From an uncultured Verrucomicrobiae bacterium (GTDB lineage: Bacteria; Verrucomicrobiota; Verrucomicrobiia; Chthoniobacterales; JAATET01), in the NCBI GenBank assembly GCA_963719495.1, contig CAVRCI010000013.1, positions 1 to 64,000 on the forward strand: DNA of 64,000 nt, in the 5' to 3' direction. Each line of letters opens with the position of its first letter. The first letter of the stretch is position 1. Positions 42,648 to 54,070 of this stretch are shown here, one piece after another. A program made the translations under genes and the position numbers. Below the pieces are notes generated by a model. That model did no database searches, was not told the DNA's origin, and saw nothing but the letters and a program-made list of their open reading frames with translations.

Positions 42648-43486
42648 CTAGGCTACGTGGCGGCGGCGCACGAAGATGATCGCCGCCAATCCACCGATGA
42701 TCGCCAGAGCGACCGTCGTGGGTTCCGGCACGGCGGTGACGAGGAGATCACCCTCCGCTAGTTTCACGTTCGAAAGCCGAATCTCGTCGATCATTCCGCT
42801 GAAGTTGGCCGATCCTTGCGCCGTCGATCCGATGGAAAACGGGGCGTCGGCGTTGAAAACCGAGCTACCCAGCGTTTCAATAAAACGCCAGCCGTCTTGC
42901 TAAAGCTCGCGGATTGCAGGGCCGTGTCCGCGGTCAAGTCTTGGAGATAAAGGGTGATGGCGCTGCTGCCAGCGTCCGTCAGGTCAACGGCCGCCGCGAA
43001 ATAGTAATTCGTGTTCGTCGCGAGGGTGAACGCGTCGAAATTTCGCGTATTCTCTCCGGTCGAACTCAACAGCAAGCGAAAACTAGTGCCGTTGGTTGCA
43101 ACCGCGAAGCTCCGCTGATTAGCGAAAGGAGAGCTCGATCCAAAGTGGCCAGCGATGACTCTCGTGCCCGAACCCACCGTGGTCGTGTTGAAAAAACCCT
43201 CCAGAGTAAGAGTCCCGCTCGTAAAGGCCGCGTTGTCCTCAGCGGTCAAGTAGTTGCTACTGCCGAAACTCGCGGCGTCTTCATTCGCCGCACCAGTCTG
43301 CGGGATCGGGTCGCTGAACGGGGAGGTGACGGAAGTAACGGCTGTGTTGTTCGTCAGAGTGTTTGAATCGGCGGAATCGCCGAGGAAATTACCATCCTCG
43401 AACCTCCAATAGCCGACGGTGGCTGCCGAGACGCTGGACGCGAGGAAGGCCGACGTCACGACCAATGCTGGAATGATGAATTTCAT
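42648..43486 (-). pseudogene. LamG-domain PEP-CTERM protein split by a frameshift near 42883
   Basis: the ORF from 43486 runs out of frame at GGCGTTTTATTGAA; the -1 frame continues to FSIGSTAQ..IDEIRLS..VPEPTTVALAIIGGLAAIIFVRRR-stop. Confidence 0.8.
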
Positions 43487-43574
43487 GGTGGGGATCTTGT
43501 TTTGGAATTGGGTGGGTTGGTTCGCGAGGCGATCCGCGTCTCACCAAGATTCTCCGCTCGCGTGGAGTCCTCGG

Positions 43575-44238
43575 CGCGGTCTTCGCGTGGTCGCCCGATC
43601 CCGCCCCGTTACCCGACTTCGGTTGGGACTCCCTGGCGTCGGCCGCCATGGGATTCTCGATCACCGCGCCCCACCTGCACCGGTGCGCGACGTTTTTTCA
43701 CCATTCGATCCCCGTCGCCTGGCGGGAACTCCGCAACCTCGGCTACGAGCGGATCGGGGTCGACCTGTCGATCCACGATGGGCGGCAGCGCGACCAGGCG
43801 TGGGAAGCCGGCTTGGCGATCCTCCTCGCCGAACCCCGAAAGTGCCGTCCGGTCGTCCGTCGCGACGACCTCCCGAACCAACCCAGCATCGCCGATTGGG
43901 TGAAGAAAAAACGGCTCGACGCCATCATCGTCGCCGGGCCGCAAGGCCGTCGCCAAGCCCTGACCCAAGCGGGCCTCCGCGTTCCCGGCGACCTGGGCTA
44001 CGTCTCTTTGGTGGGATCGACTGAAAGCGCGACGGTCCAGGCCGACTGGAACCAGATCGGCAGCGCCAGCATCGATCTCGTCGACGAGCAGCTCATGCGC
44101 AACGAGCGTGGGATCCCGGGCAAACCAAAAACCGTGCTCATCGACGGAGCGTGGACCCCCGGCAACAGCGTTCGGGAGCAGAAAGAGCGAGGCCTCCGCT
44201 CGACGATACCGACCGGCGGAGAGGATCGTCGCTCCTGA
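43575..44238 (+). pseudogene. 5'-truncated LacI-family regulator (sensor domain only)
   Basis: WDSLASAAMGFSITAPHLHR, LGYERIG, RVPGDLGYVSL, IGSASIDLV..NERGIP; no HTH. Confidence 0.65.
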
Positions 44239-44846
44239 ATCATCGAATGGTCGATGGCCCAATGCGGATCGGTGCCGCCACCGCCCGAAATCTACCGTCG
44301 CCGCTTCAAAACGCGCGAATCAAGTAACCGTGAATCTTGACCAATTCCTCAGTCGATGACTCCTCTCGTCACGCTCAAACCCCAATCGGGGATAGCGTGG
44401 GGGCATTAGGGATAAATATTTCATCTCCTTCCGAATTTCATCGAGATCACGTGTCATGCGGTCGTCGTAACCCATCCAAGTGATGTTGCATTGATCGGGC
44501 TCTTAATTCCCATCGATCACGTCCTGAAATGCGCCGCTTTTTCCGAAGATACTCGACGATCTCTGCGGGCATGAAGCGCGCGATCCGGCCCCAATACGAA
44601 CGAGCGGGGCGTCCATGAGATATTTCAGGGTTACTGACTCGAATCGGATTGGGGAACGCCGAGTGGAGACCCTTTTTCTCCGTGATCGATCTGAACTATT
44701 CGGCGTTGCCGTCACCTGCCCGCTGCCACTCTGCTGCCAAAATCAACCGGGTCATCGCCGATCACTCCCAGGCACGATATCCCTTCGCCCCAAACGGCGA
44801 ACCTCGTCAAACACCCATTTTGCAACGCTATCGCCACTAGTCAAAG

Positions 44847-44921
44847 TGGCGACCCCAACGGGATTCGAACCCGTGTTACCGCCGTGAAAGGGCGGTGTCC
44901 TAACCGCTGGACGATGGGGTC
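44847..44921 (-). tRNA. tRNA-Glu(TTC)
   Basis: GACCCCATCGTCCAGCGGTTAGGAC..CTTTCAC..GGTTCGAATCC..CCA. Confidence 0.96.
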
Positions 44922-45070
44922 TCTAAAAAGCGGTCCGAAAGAATCGGTGCAAAAAACCTAACGAGCAAGCGCAAATTCCGGATTCACCAAAAGCGCGTTG
45001 GGGGGAGCCCACCCGTCCCGGGTGTTGGCTTCGGCGTCCCGCCGCAGCTTCACCACTATAACGCGAAGCG

Positions 45071-45868
45071 TCACTTCCCCTCCCGCTCCGCCCAATACCG
45101 CGCACAATACCGCGCCCGCCCCGGCAACTGCGGAATCACTCCTCGCAGCCCACCCACCGCCGCCCGCAAAGCCATCCGCCCCACCGCCGTCGAACGAAAA
45201 CCCAGCCGCTCCCGGACGGGCGACGGGATTGTCTCGACGACCAACTGCCGCGTCGGCCACGACCCCGCTGCAAACCACCACGGCCGACCCGGCGCAACGA
45301 TCGCCCGCGCCACCTCCGCGCTCACCGCCAACGATCCCATTGCCGTCGCCGCCAGCGTCTGGGCGTAATAAGCGTCGAACTCCACCCGGCTCCGCGGCCC
45401 GTGATCCGCCGCCAACCCGAAGTATTCGCCGAAGATCCGCATGTCCCGGTAATGCGCCTCACGCTCGTCCACGGTCAGCGGCGCGACGAGTGTCTCGTAA
45501 ATCTCCGTCCCGACCGCGATCAAGGTCGCCAGTACCCACAACTGCGCGTCGGGATCAGTCGCGTCGTACGCGACCGGTCGATCCCCCCGCACGGGCCGAT
45601 GCACCGCCGCCACGTGCTCGCGCAATCGCTCGGCCTCGGACCGCGTGCCGAAGGCCACGGTGTAAACCGCCTCGAGCGTCCGATGAAGTCTCCCAAGCGT
45701 GTCCGCCCGAAACCGGCTGTGCGCCGCCACGCCCGCGCCAATCATCGGGTGCGCCACCTGCAGGATCGCCGCCGCCGGCCCGCCCAGCAGCACCGCGTTC
45801 TCGCGGCTCACCCGCCGGATCAACGAATCCGCCGGAAACACCCCCGCCCCGTCAGTCCCCGCCGCCAT
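45071..45868 (-). CDS. oxygenase MpaB / DUF2236 family protein
   Basis: GGPAAAILQVAHP, H..V.G...YDATDP, LWVLATL. Confidence 0.88.
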   Translation of the reverse strand: MAAGTDGAGVFPADSLIRRVSRENAVLLGGPAAAILQVAHPMIGAGVAAHSRFRADTLGRLHRTLEAVYTVAFGTRSEAERLREHVAAVHRPVRGDRPVAYDATDPDAQLWVLATLIAVGTEIYETLVAPLTVDEREAHYRDMRIFGEYFGLAADHGPRSRVEFDAYYAQTLAATAMGSLAVSAEVARAIVAPGRPWWFAAGSWPTRQLVVETIPSPVRERLGFRSTAVGRMALRAAVGGLRGVIPQLPGRARYCARYWAEREGK

Positions 45869-46538
45869 CGAGCCGCCCGTCCTCGATCATCAGAATCCGG
45901 TCCCCGCGCTTGGCCAGTTCCCGGTCGTGCGTCACGACCACCAGCGTCCGCCGGTCCTCGCGCACCACGCCGAGCAGGATCTCCACGATCGATTCCCCCG
46001 TCGTCGAATCCAAATTGCCCGTCGGCTCGTCGGCGAAGAGCGTCTTCGGATCGTTGATCAGCGACCGCGCGATGGCCACCCGCTGCTGCTCGCCGCCACT
46101 CAGCTCCGAGGGCAAATGCTCCATCCGATCGGCCAGCCCAACGCGCTCGAGCAGAGCCGCCGCCCGGTCGTGCCGCTCGACTCCCCCGATCATCGCCGGG
46201 ACGAGCACGTTCTCGATGGCGGTCAGCTCCGGCAACAGGAAGTAGGATTGAAAGACGAAGCCCATCCGCTCGTTCCGCAGCCGCGACAGCTTGTCGCCGC
46301 TCATTTTGTAGAGGCTCGTACCTTCGAGAAAAACCTCCCCGTCTTCCGGCCGCTCCAGCCCAGCCAGGGTGTAAAGCAGAGTCGTCTTCCCGGCGCCCGA
46401 CGCCCCGCAGAGGAACACCGATTCGCCCGCCGCGACCTCCAGGCTGATCCCGCGCAAGACGTCGATTTTGTTCCGCCCGATCTTGAAGGACCGCCGGAGA
46501 TCCTCCGCTCGCAGGTGCGATGTATCCGTTGAACTCAT
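45852..46538 (-). CDS. ABC transporter ATP-binding protein (LolD-like)
   Basis: GASGAGKT, LSGGEQQRVAIAR, ADEPTGNLD, VTHD. Confidence 0.92.
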   Translation of the reverse strand: MSSTDTSHLRAEDLRRSFKIGRNKIDVLRGISLEVAAGESVFLCGASGAGKTTLLYTLAGLERPEDGEVFLEGTSLYKMSGDKLSRLRNERMGFVFQSYFLLPELTAIENVLVPAMIGGVERHDRAAALLERVGLADRMEHLPSELSGGEQQRVAIARSLINDPKTLFADEPTGNLDSTTGESIVEILLGVVREDRRTLVVVTHDRELAKRGDRILMIEDGRLDGGGD

Positions 46539-47221
46539 AAATTCTTTTCCGCCGCGCCGGTGTCCATCGACTCGCCGAGCGAGACCGTTTTGTCACCGAC
46601 GCGCTCGGGTTGCCGATTCAACACCGTCACGTCGAGCAGCGCCAGCACGCGCGCCAACCGCTCGCGGATCGCCGTCTTCGGATCGACGGAGAACCCGACC
46701 GGCTTGGCCGAAAAACCCACCGCGTCCTGGCCGCGCATCCGCCCGATGAAGATCGCGCGCTTGTTGTGCTCGGGCTGGGAGACGACCACGACGTCCGGCG
46801 CGTCGAAGACCGTCGCCGCCCGCACGACCGAGTCCAGCGTCCGCAACCCCGCGTCGTCCCGGTAGATGCGCCCCGCCGGCACGCCGCGCTCGATGAGGTC
46901 ACTCCGCATCGCCGACGGCTCGTCGTAGTCGGGCTCCAACCCATTTCCACTCACGATGACGTAGTCGACCTTCCCAGCCGCGAAGAGCTTCGCCGCCGCC
47001 TCGATCCGGTAGCGATAATGCAGATTCTCGTTCCCACCCGGCACGAATTTCGCCGTTCCTGGAACGAGCGCCGCCCGCCGGTGCGGCACGTCGTCGACGT
47101 CGGAAAAATTCCGTCCACGCGCCGCGAGATTCACCGTGACCTCGGCACCAAGCACCACCAGGACGCCCAGCACCAACGCCAAAAAAACGAGACGAACGAC
47201 AAATCGAAAGAGGCGGTTCAT
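46535..47221 (-). CDS. SanA/YdcF (DUF218) family protein
   Basis: YRIEAA..LF..GKV, VSG, YDEP..M, AGLRTLDSVVRA, SQ..H..RA, RERLARV. Confidence 0.88.
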   Translation of the reverse strand: MNRLFRFVVRLVFLALVLGVLVVLGAEVTVNLAARGRNFSDVDDVPHRRAALVPGTAKFVPGGNENLHYRYRIEAAAKLFAAGKVDYVIVSGNGLEPDYDEPSAMRSDLIERGVPAGRIYRDDAGLRTLDSVVRAATVFDAPDVVVVSQPEHNKRAIFIGRMRGQDAVGFSAKPVGFSVDPKTAIRERLARVLALLDVTVLNRQPERVGDKTVSLGESMDTGAAEKNL

Positions 47222-47502
47222 TGCGGGGACGGCGAACCTCTCCCGTCCCGCGCCCCGGCGCAAGCCCCACCTCGCGGAGCGAAGAAACCGGACGCGTCAA
47301 CCGACGCCAAACGGGTCGAAGACCTTCGCCCCACTCCGCTCGAAGTCACCGCCGATGGGCCTCCTCGACCGAAGCTCCGAGCCTCGCCGCCAAGCCACGC
47401 TATTCTCCAACGACGCGTCTTCGATTTTCCGGACAAAAAGCCGAGCCATCGAGCGATGGCGCTATCCTTCCCAGCAATCCGCAAGCAAAAGGTGATCGAG
47501 GT

Positions 47503-48687
47503 CTACTCGCCGGACCTCAGGCGCTCCGCCAACTCGAGGATCTCTTCACGGATGGCAAACAATTCCGCCCGGTAGTGGACGACACGCTTCGTCGGAAGGA
47601 TTGGATTTCCCGCGAGGGTATCACTCACCGAAATCGCGTCGTGCAGGAGCGCGATAGCCTGCTTCAGCAAAGCGGTCACCAACCCGGGGTCACTCGCCGC
47701 TGGCGAGGGCACGCTGGATCCCAACGCTCCGGCCAGCTTGCCATTCAAATTCACCAGGCACCCGAGAAATTCCCGGGCACCCGGGTTGTCACGCTGCGTC
47801 GTTCGCTCTCGAGCACGCGTTTCCGCCAGGAGCGCAAGGTAGGCATCCTTGGCCCGCTTGACGATGGGATGGAGCACCCCACGCTCGGCATCACGCACCC
47901 AATCGATCCCTTCACGGGCTGGGTCCAGCGCGTCGTTGTCACGATCCGGAGCCCAGGCATCCTCACTCACCGATGCGGGCTGAACGGAGCCTTCGTCGTT
48001 CGCGGCTTGGTCCGCATCAAGCGATCCCTCGAGCCACATCCACCCCATCTCGTGGGCAATGATCCGATCGCGATCAGGATGATCCGCGTATTTTTCGAGC
48101 AGCTCCCCGTAGCGTTCCCCGATCACGTCGGATTCTCGGAACAGCTGCTCGCAGCGGTATTCAGCCCAATTTTCTGCGCCGTTTTCCAAATCGACCCGAA
48201 CAGCGAAATCATCCGGCGCGTCGTCGAGGAGCCGCTGCCGCTCGGTAAGCTCCTCCACCGTGAAACTCCAAACGGGCTCGGAAACTTTCATCCGGTAATC
48301 GGCGCTCTCGATCACAACCCAGCCGCACAGATCGCCGAACCATTCGAGGTGAAGCGAGTTCGCCAGATGCGCGGGCACCCGTCCACCCGCTTTGATCAAG
48401 GCGTAAGCTTCGTCGAAAGGGATGTCGAAGACGCGAACCTTTCGCCCCGCGGTCAGAACCCCGGCGGATCCGCGGATCGGCGAGGTAGGCGGCCGGGTCG
48501 AAATCGGGACCGGCGACGGATTTTCGAATTGAAGTCGGCAGCCCGCGAGATCCGCCTCGCAGTTGCCCCTCAGATCGAGCTCGAGTGGTGCGGCGAGCCC
48601 GGCCAGCCAGATCCGACCGATGACGCGGCCCCGCACGCGATTGTCGATCTCGCCGCGAACGACGTTTTCATCAAGTCGCCAAGCCAT
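47503..48687 (-). CDS. conserved hypothetical protein
   Basis: long ORF starting MAWRLDENVVRGEIDNR with globular composition; the ORF-track N-extension runs into the repeat element. Confidence 0.7.
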   Translation of the reverse strand: MAWRLDENVVRGEIDNRVRGRVIGRIWLAGLAAPLELDLRGNCEADLAGCRLQFENPSPVPISTRPPTSPIRGSAGVLTAGRKVRVFDIPFDEAYALIKAGGRVPAHLANSLHLEWFGDLCGWVVIESADYRMKVSEPVWSFTVEELTERQRLLDDAPDDFAVRVDLENGAENWAEYRCEQLFRESDVIGERYGELLEKYADHPDRDRIIAHEMGWMWLEGSLDADQAANDEGSVQPASVSEDAWAPDRDNDALDPAREGIDWVRDAERGVLHPIVKRAKDAYLALLAETRARERTTQRDNPGAREFLGCLVNLNGKLAGALGSSVPSPAASDPGLVTALLKQAIALLHDAISVSDTLAGNPILPTKRVVHYRAELFAIREEILELAERLRSGE

Positions 48688-48781
48688 CGCTCCAGAGCGT
48701 CCGATAGCGGCGGCGAGCGGGCGAGAGAAAACCTGGGATCGGAGAAAACCTGGGATCAAAAGCTCGTCCCCCGATCCGAAC

Positions 48782-49352
48782 GGCTGTGATCGAAAACGCG
48801 TCCTGATCGGAAGAAGAATCTCGTGAACGCCAACAACGTCTGACCGAGGGGACGGCAGGAGCTGGCGACGAGTCCGTGGGAGATCGCCACGGTCCAAGGC
48901 CTCGCAGCATCGGGTCTCCCGCCTCATCCAGACGCCCCCCCAATTCCCGCGGAGTCGACCGATAAAACGTAACGGCCGTTACGTTTTATCGGGAGCGGAT
49001 TCATTCGTTCATTCGCTCGCTCGCTCGCCACTCCCCGTCCGGGGACCCCCGGATCCGCGGCTTTCCGACGGGCAAGCTCCGGTTCGCCAGCAGTAAGGCC
49101 CGGGCTCTTCCGAGGACCTCGCCACAGATCCATTACCTGGAAAATGTGACGTCCGTCACATTTTCCAGGTAATGGATTGGTGGGGCGCTCTGCCGCCAAC
49201 TCCGAGGGTAGCCGGAGATTTGCTTTTCCGCGCGGGTGGTATCATGGCCACCCAAGGGTGGCTTTACTCGCGGCTCGACGCGGGCTGGCTCGTTGATCCC
49301 AATCTCACTCGCACCTTTGGGCTCAGCCTTGGACGCACTTTCAATCACACCC
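48782..49352. mobile_element. ~571-bp non-coding structured element with terminal inverted repeats (MITE-like), copy 1
   Basis: near-identical to 62337-62910; TIRs 48782-48803 / 49331-49352; palindromes 48959-48992 and 49128-49177. Confidence 0.8.
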
Positions 49353-49407
49353 TGATCCCGCGCCCATTTCTAATTTCGCATTCCGCATTTCTAATTTAAG
49401 AGAAGCC

Positions 49408-49788
49408 ATGGTCAAAAAGCTCCTGCACACCCGCTACCGCGTCACCGACCTCGATCTCAACATCGCCTTCTACCGCGACGTCCTGGGTCTTGAGCAGACC
49501 CGCCGCTCGACCAGCGGGCGCGGGTCGGAACTCGTCTTCTTCAAAGCCCCGGGCAGTGAGGAAGAAATCGAAATCTGCAAGTTCGACGAAAGCGGTCCCG
49601 TCCAGGTCGGCCCCGACCTCACGCACCTCGCCTTCGAAGTCGAAGACATGGACGCTTTCGCCGCCCACGCGGAGAAACTCGGCTTCCCGCTCAGCGACGG
49701 CCCGACGAAGACTTCGAGCGGTTCGATCATCGCCTTCATCGACGCGCCCGACGGCTACGAAGTGGAACTCATTCAGCCCGCCCCCTGA
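49408..49788 (+). CDS. VOC family protein / lactoylglutathione lyase
   Basis: LLHTRYRV.DL, FYRDVLG, HLAFEVED, FIDAPDGYEVELI. Confidence 0.9.
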   Translation: MVKKLLHTRYRVTDLDLNIAFYRDVLGLEQTRRSTSGRGSELVFFKAPGSEEEIEICKFDESGPVQVGPDLTHLAFEVEDMDAFAAHAEKLGFPLSDGPTKTSSGSIIAFIDAPDGYEVELIQPAP

Positions 49789-49941
49789 CTCGGATCGCGA
49801 ATCGATCCCGGCGAACCCAGGGTGCAAATCCGGTTGGTCCCACGTTCCCAAGACTCCCCCAAACCTTCGGAACTCCCCCTCCCAACCGGACTGCTTCCTG
49901 AATACAACTTCTTATTCAGCACCCACCGTGCCAATTCTCCG

Positions 49942-52336
<2,395 letters not shown>

Positions 52337-52350
52337 CACCCACCATCAGC

Positions 52351-53091
52351 CTGCCCACCCCCAGTCCCTTCGAAAGTTTTCCCGCCACCGGGTTCCTCGC
52401 CCCGATCTTCGAAAGCGCCGACACCGCGCACGTCACCCCCGAAGCCCTCGACGCCAAGCTCGTCGTCGGCTGGCGGCACTTCGGCGCGCGCTTCTTCCGC
52501 TGCAATTTCTCGCTTCAGGACGATCAAGTCTGCGGCATCCTCCCGCTCCGCATCCCCGTCGCCGACTTCGCTCCCAGCAAAAGCCAACGCCGCGTCCAGC
52601 GCCGCAACGCCGACCTCGAAGTCCGCGTCGTCCCAGCCGTCCTCACCCCCGAATTCCACGACCTCTTCGAGCGCCACAAAACCCGGTTTCACGACAACGT
52701 CCCCGATTCCCTCCACGATTTCGTCGATCCGCACCCGGCCGCCATTCCCACCGACACCCGAGCGATCGAAGTGCGCGCCGAAGGCCGCCTCATCGCCGCG
52801 AGTTTCCTCGACATCGGCGGCGATTCCGCCTCCAGCGTCTACGGCATGTTCGACCCGGAATTTTCCGCCCGCAGCCTCGGTATCCTCACGATCCTGCACG
52901 AACTCGAGACCGCCGCCACCCTCGGCAAGCACCACTATTACCTCGGCTACTCCTACACCGTCCCGTCCCCGTACGATTACAAAAGCCGGTTCGCCCCGCT
53001 CGAAGCCTACGACTGGAACGTCGGCTGGAAACCCTACCCCCACGGCCTCCGCTGGTCCCGCCAAGTCGCCCAACCGCCAGCTCGAGAATAA
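52351..53091 (+). CDS. arginyl-tRNA-protein transferase-like (Bpt/ATE family)
   Basis: GWRHFG..FFR, SKSQRR..RRNADL, SSVYGMFDPE...RSLG, YYLGY, YKSRF.PLE; start uncertain (CTG assumed). Confidence 0.8.
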   Translation: MPTPSPFESFPATGFLAPIFESADTAHVTPEALDAKLVVGWRHFGARFFRCNFSLQDDQVCGILPLRIPVADFAPSKSQRRVQRRNADLEVRVVPAVLTPEFHDLFERHKTRFHDNVPDSLHDFVDPHPAAIPTDTRAIEVRAEGRLIAASFLDIGGDSASSVYGMFDPEFSARSLGILTILHELETAATLGKHHYYLGYSYTVPSPYDYKSRFAPLEAYDWNVGWKPYPHGLRWSRQVAQPPARE

Positions 53092-53152
53092 CCAAGTGCC
53101 CCGAGGAGCCGAGGTTGCGACCGCCACAAATTTCGCCATAGTCTCCGCCGAA

Positions 53153-54070
53153 GTGAAAGCAACCCGGTGGCTCCCAACCCTCGCGCTTATTGCCATCACC
53201 GCCGCCCCGCCCGCCACCGCCCAGACCTCCGACCCCGTCGCGGACTCACTCGCCCTCCTCCGAGCCCAAAAAGCAAACGAACAACCAGCGGCCCCCACGA
53301 CGCCGCCCCCCACCCATCACCAATCACCCATCACCAATCACGCGCCAGCTCCCGCCCCCGCGCCACCCCCCCGCCCGGAGCCGCTCGAAATCTTCTCCGC
53401 CATCGCCGCCGAAGACGCCACCTGGCTCGCCCGCCTCCTCGCCGCCGACGTCGACCCGAATCAGCCCTTCCCCAAGCCCGGCCCGAGCGACTTCACGCAA
53501 TACTACGCCGGCACCGACCTCCACTACTACCTCCGCACCGAACCCGGCTTCACGCCCCTCATGTTCGCCGCCACCATCGGCAACGAACCCGCCGTCCGCA
53601 CCCTCCTTGAGCAAGGCGCCAGCAAAGGCCGCCTCACCGACCGCTCCAAGACCTCCGCCCTCTACCTCGCCGCCCGCGCCGGCCACATCGGGATCATGCA
53701 AATCCTCATGGGCATTACCCCCGACTCCGACGTCGCCCAATACCGCATCCACGTCAGCCTCGGCGACCAGCGAGTCGTCCTCTGGAAGGGCGAAAAGATC
53801 ATCCTCTTCTCGAAAATTTCCTCCGGCAAGGAATCCACCCCCACCGAACCCGGCACCTACCTCGTCACCAGCAAACACCGCGACCACACCTCGACCCTCT
53901 TCGACGCGAAGATGCCGTATTTCATGCGCTTCTCGTGCGGTGATTTCGGCCTCCACGCCGGCGAACTCCCGGGCTACGCCGCCAGCCACGGCTGCATCCG
54001 CATGCCTCTAAGAGACGCCAAGGAGTTCTACAACGCCACCCCCATCGGCACCCTGGTCGTGGTCGACTAA
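53153..54070 (+). CDS. ankyrin-repeat + L,D-transpeptidase (YkuD) protein
   Basis: signal peptide; GFTPLMFAA, SALYLAARAGH ankyrins; GLHAGELPGYAASHGCIRMP. Confidence 0.88.
   Translation: MKATRWLPTLALIAITAAPPATAQTSDPVADSLALLRAQKANEQPAAPTTPPPTHHQSPITNHAPAPAPAPPPRPEPLEIFSAIAAEDATWLARLLAADVDPNQPFPKPGPSDFTQYYAGTDLHYYLRTEPGFTPLMFAATIGNEPAVRTLLEQGASKGRLTDRSKTSALYLAARAGHIGIMQILMGITPDSDVAQYRIHVSLGDQRVVLWKGEKIILFSKISSGKESTPTEPGTYLVTSKHRDHTSTLFDAKMPYFMRFSCGDFGLHAGELPGYAASHGCIRMPLRDAKEFYNATPIGTLVVVD

Noticed and set aside
44300..44840. Integrase remnant next to tRNA-Glu
   Set aside because: Short ORFs there show no tyrosine or serine recombinase motifs that I can recognise.
48782..49352. CRISPR array, group II intron or protein-coding reading of the repeat element
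   Set aside because: No repeat-spacer periodicity, no recognisable GUGYG start or domain V, and the small ORFs are not preserved between the two copies.
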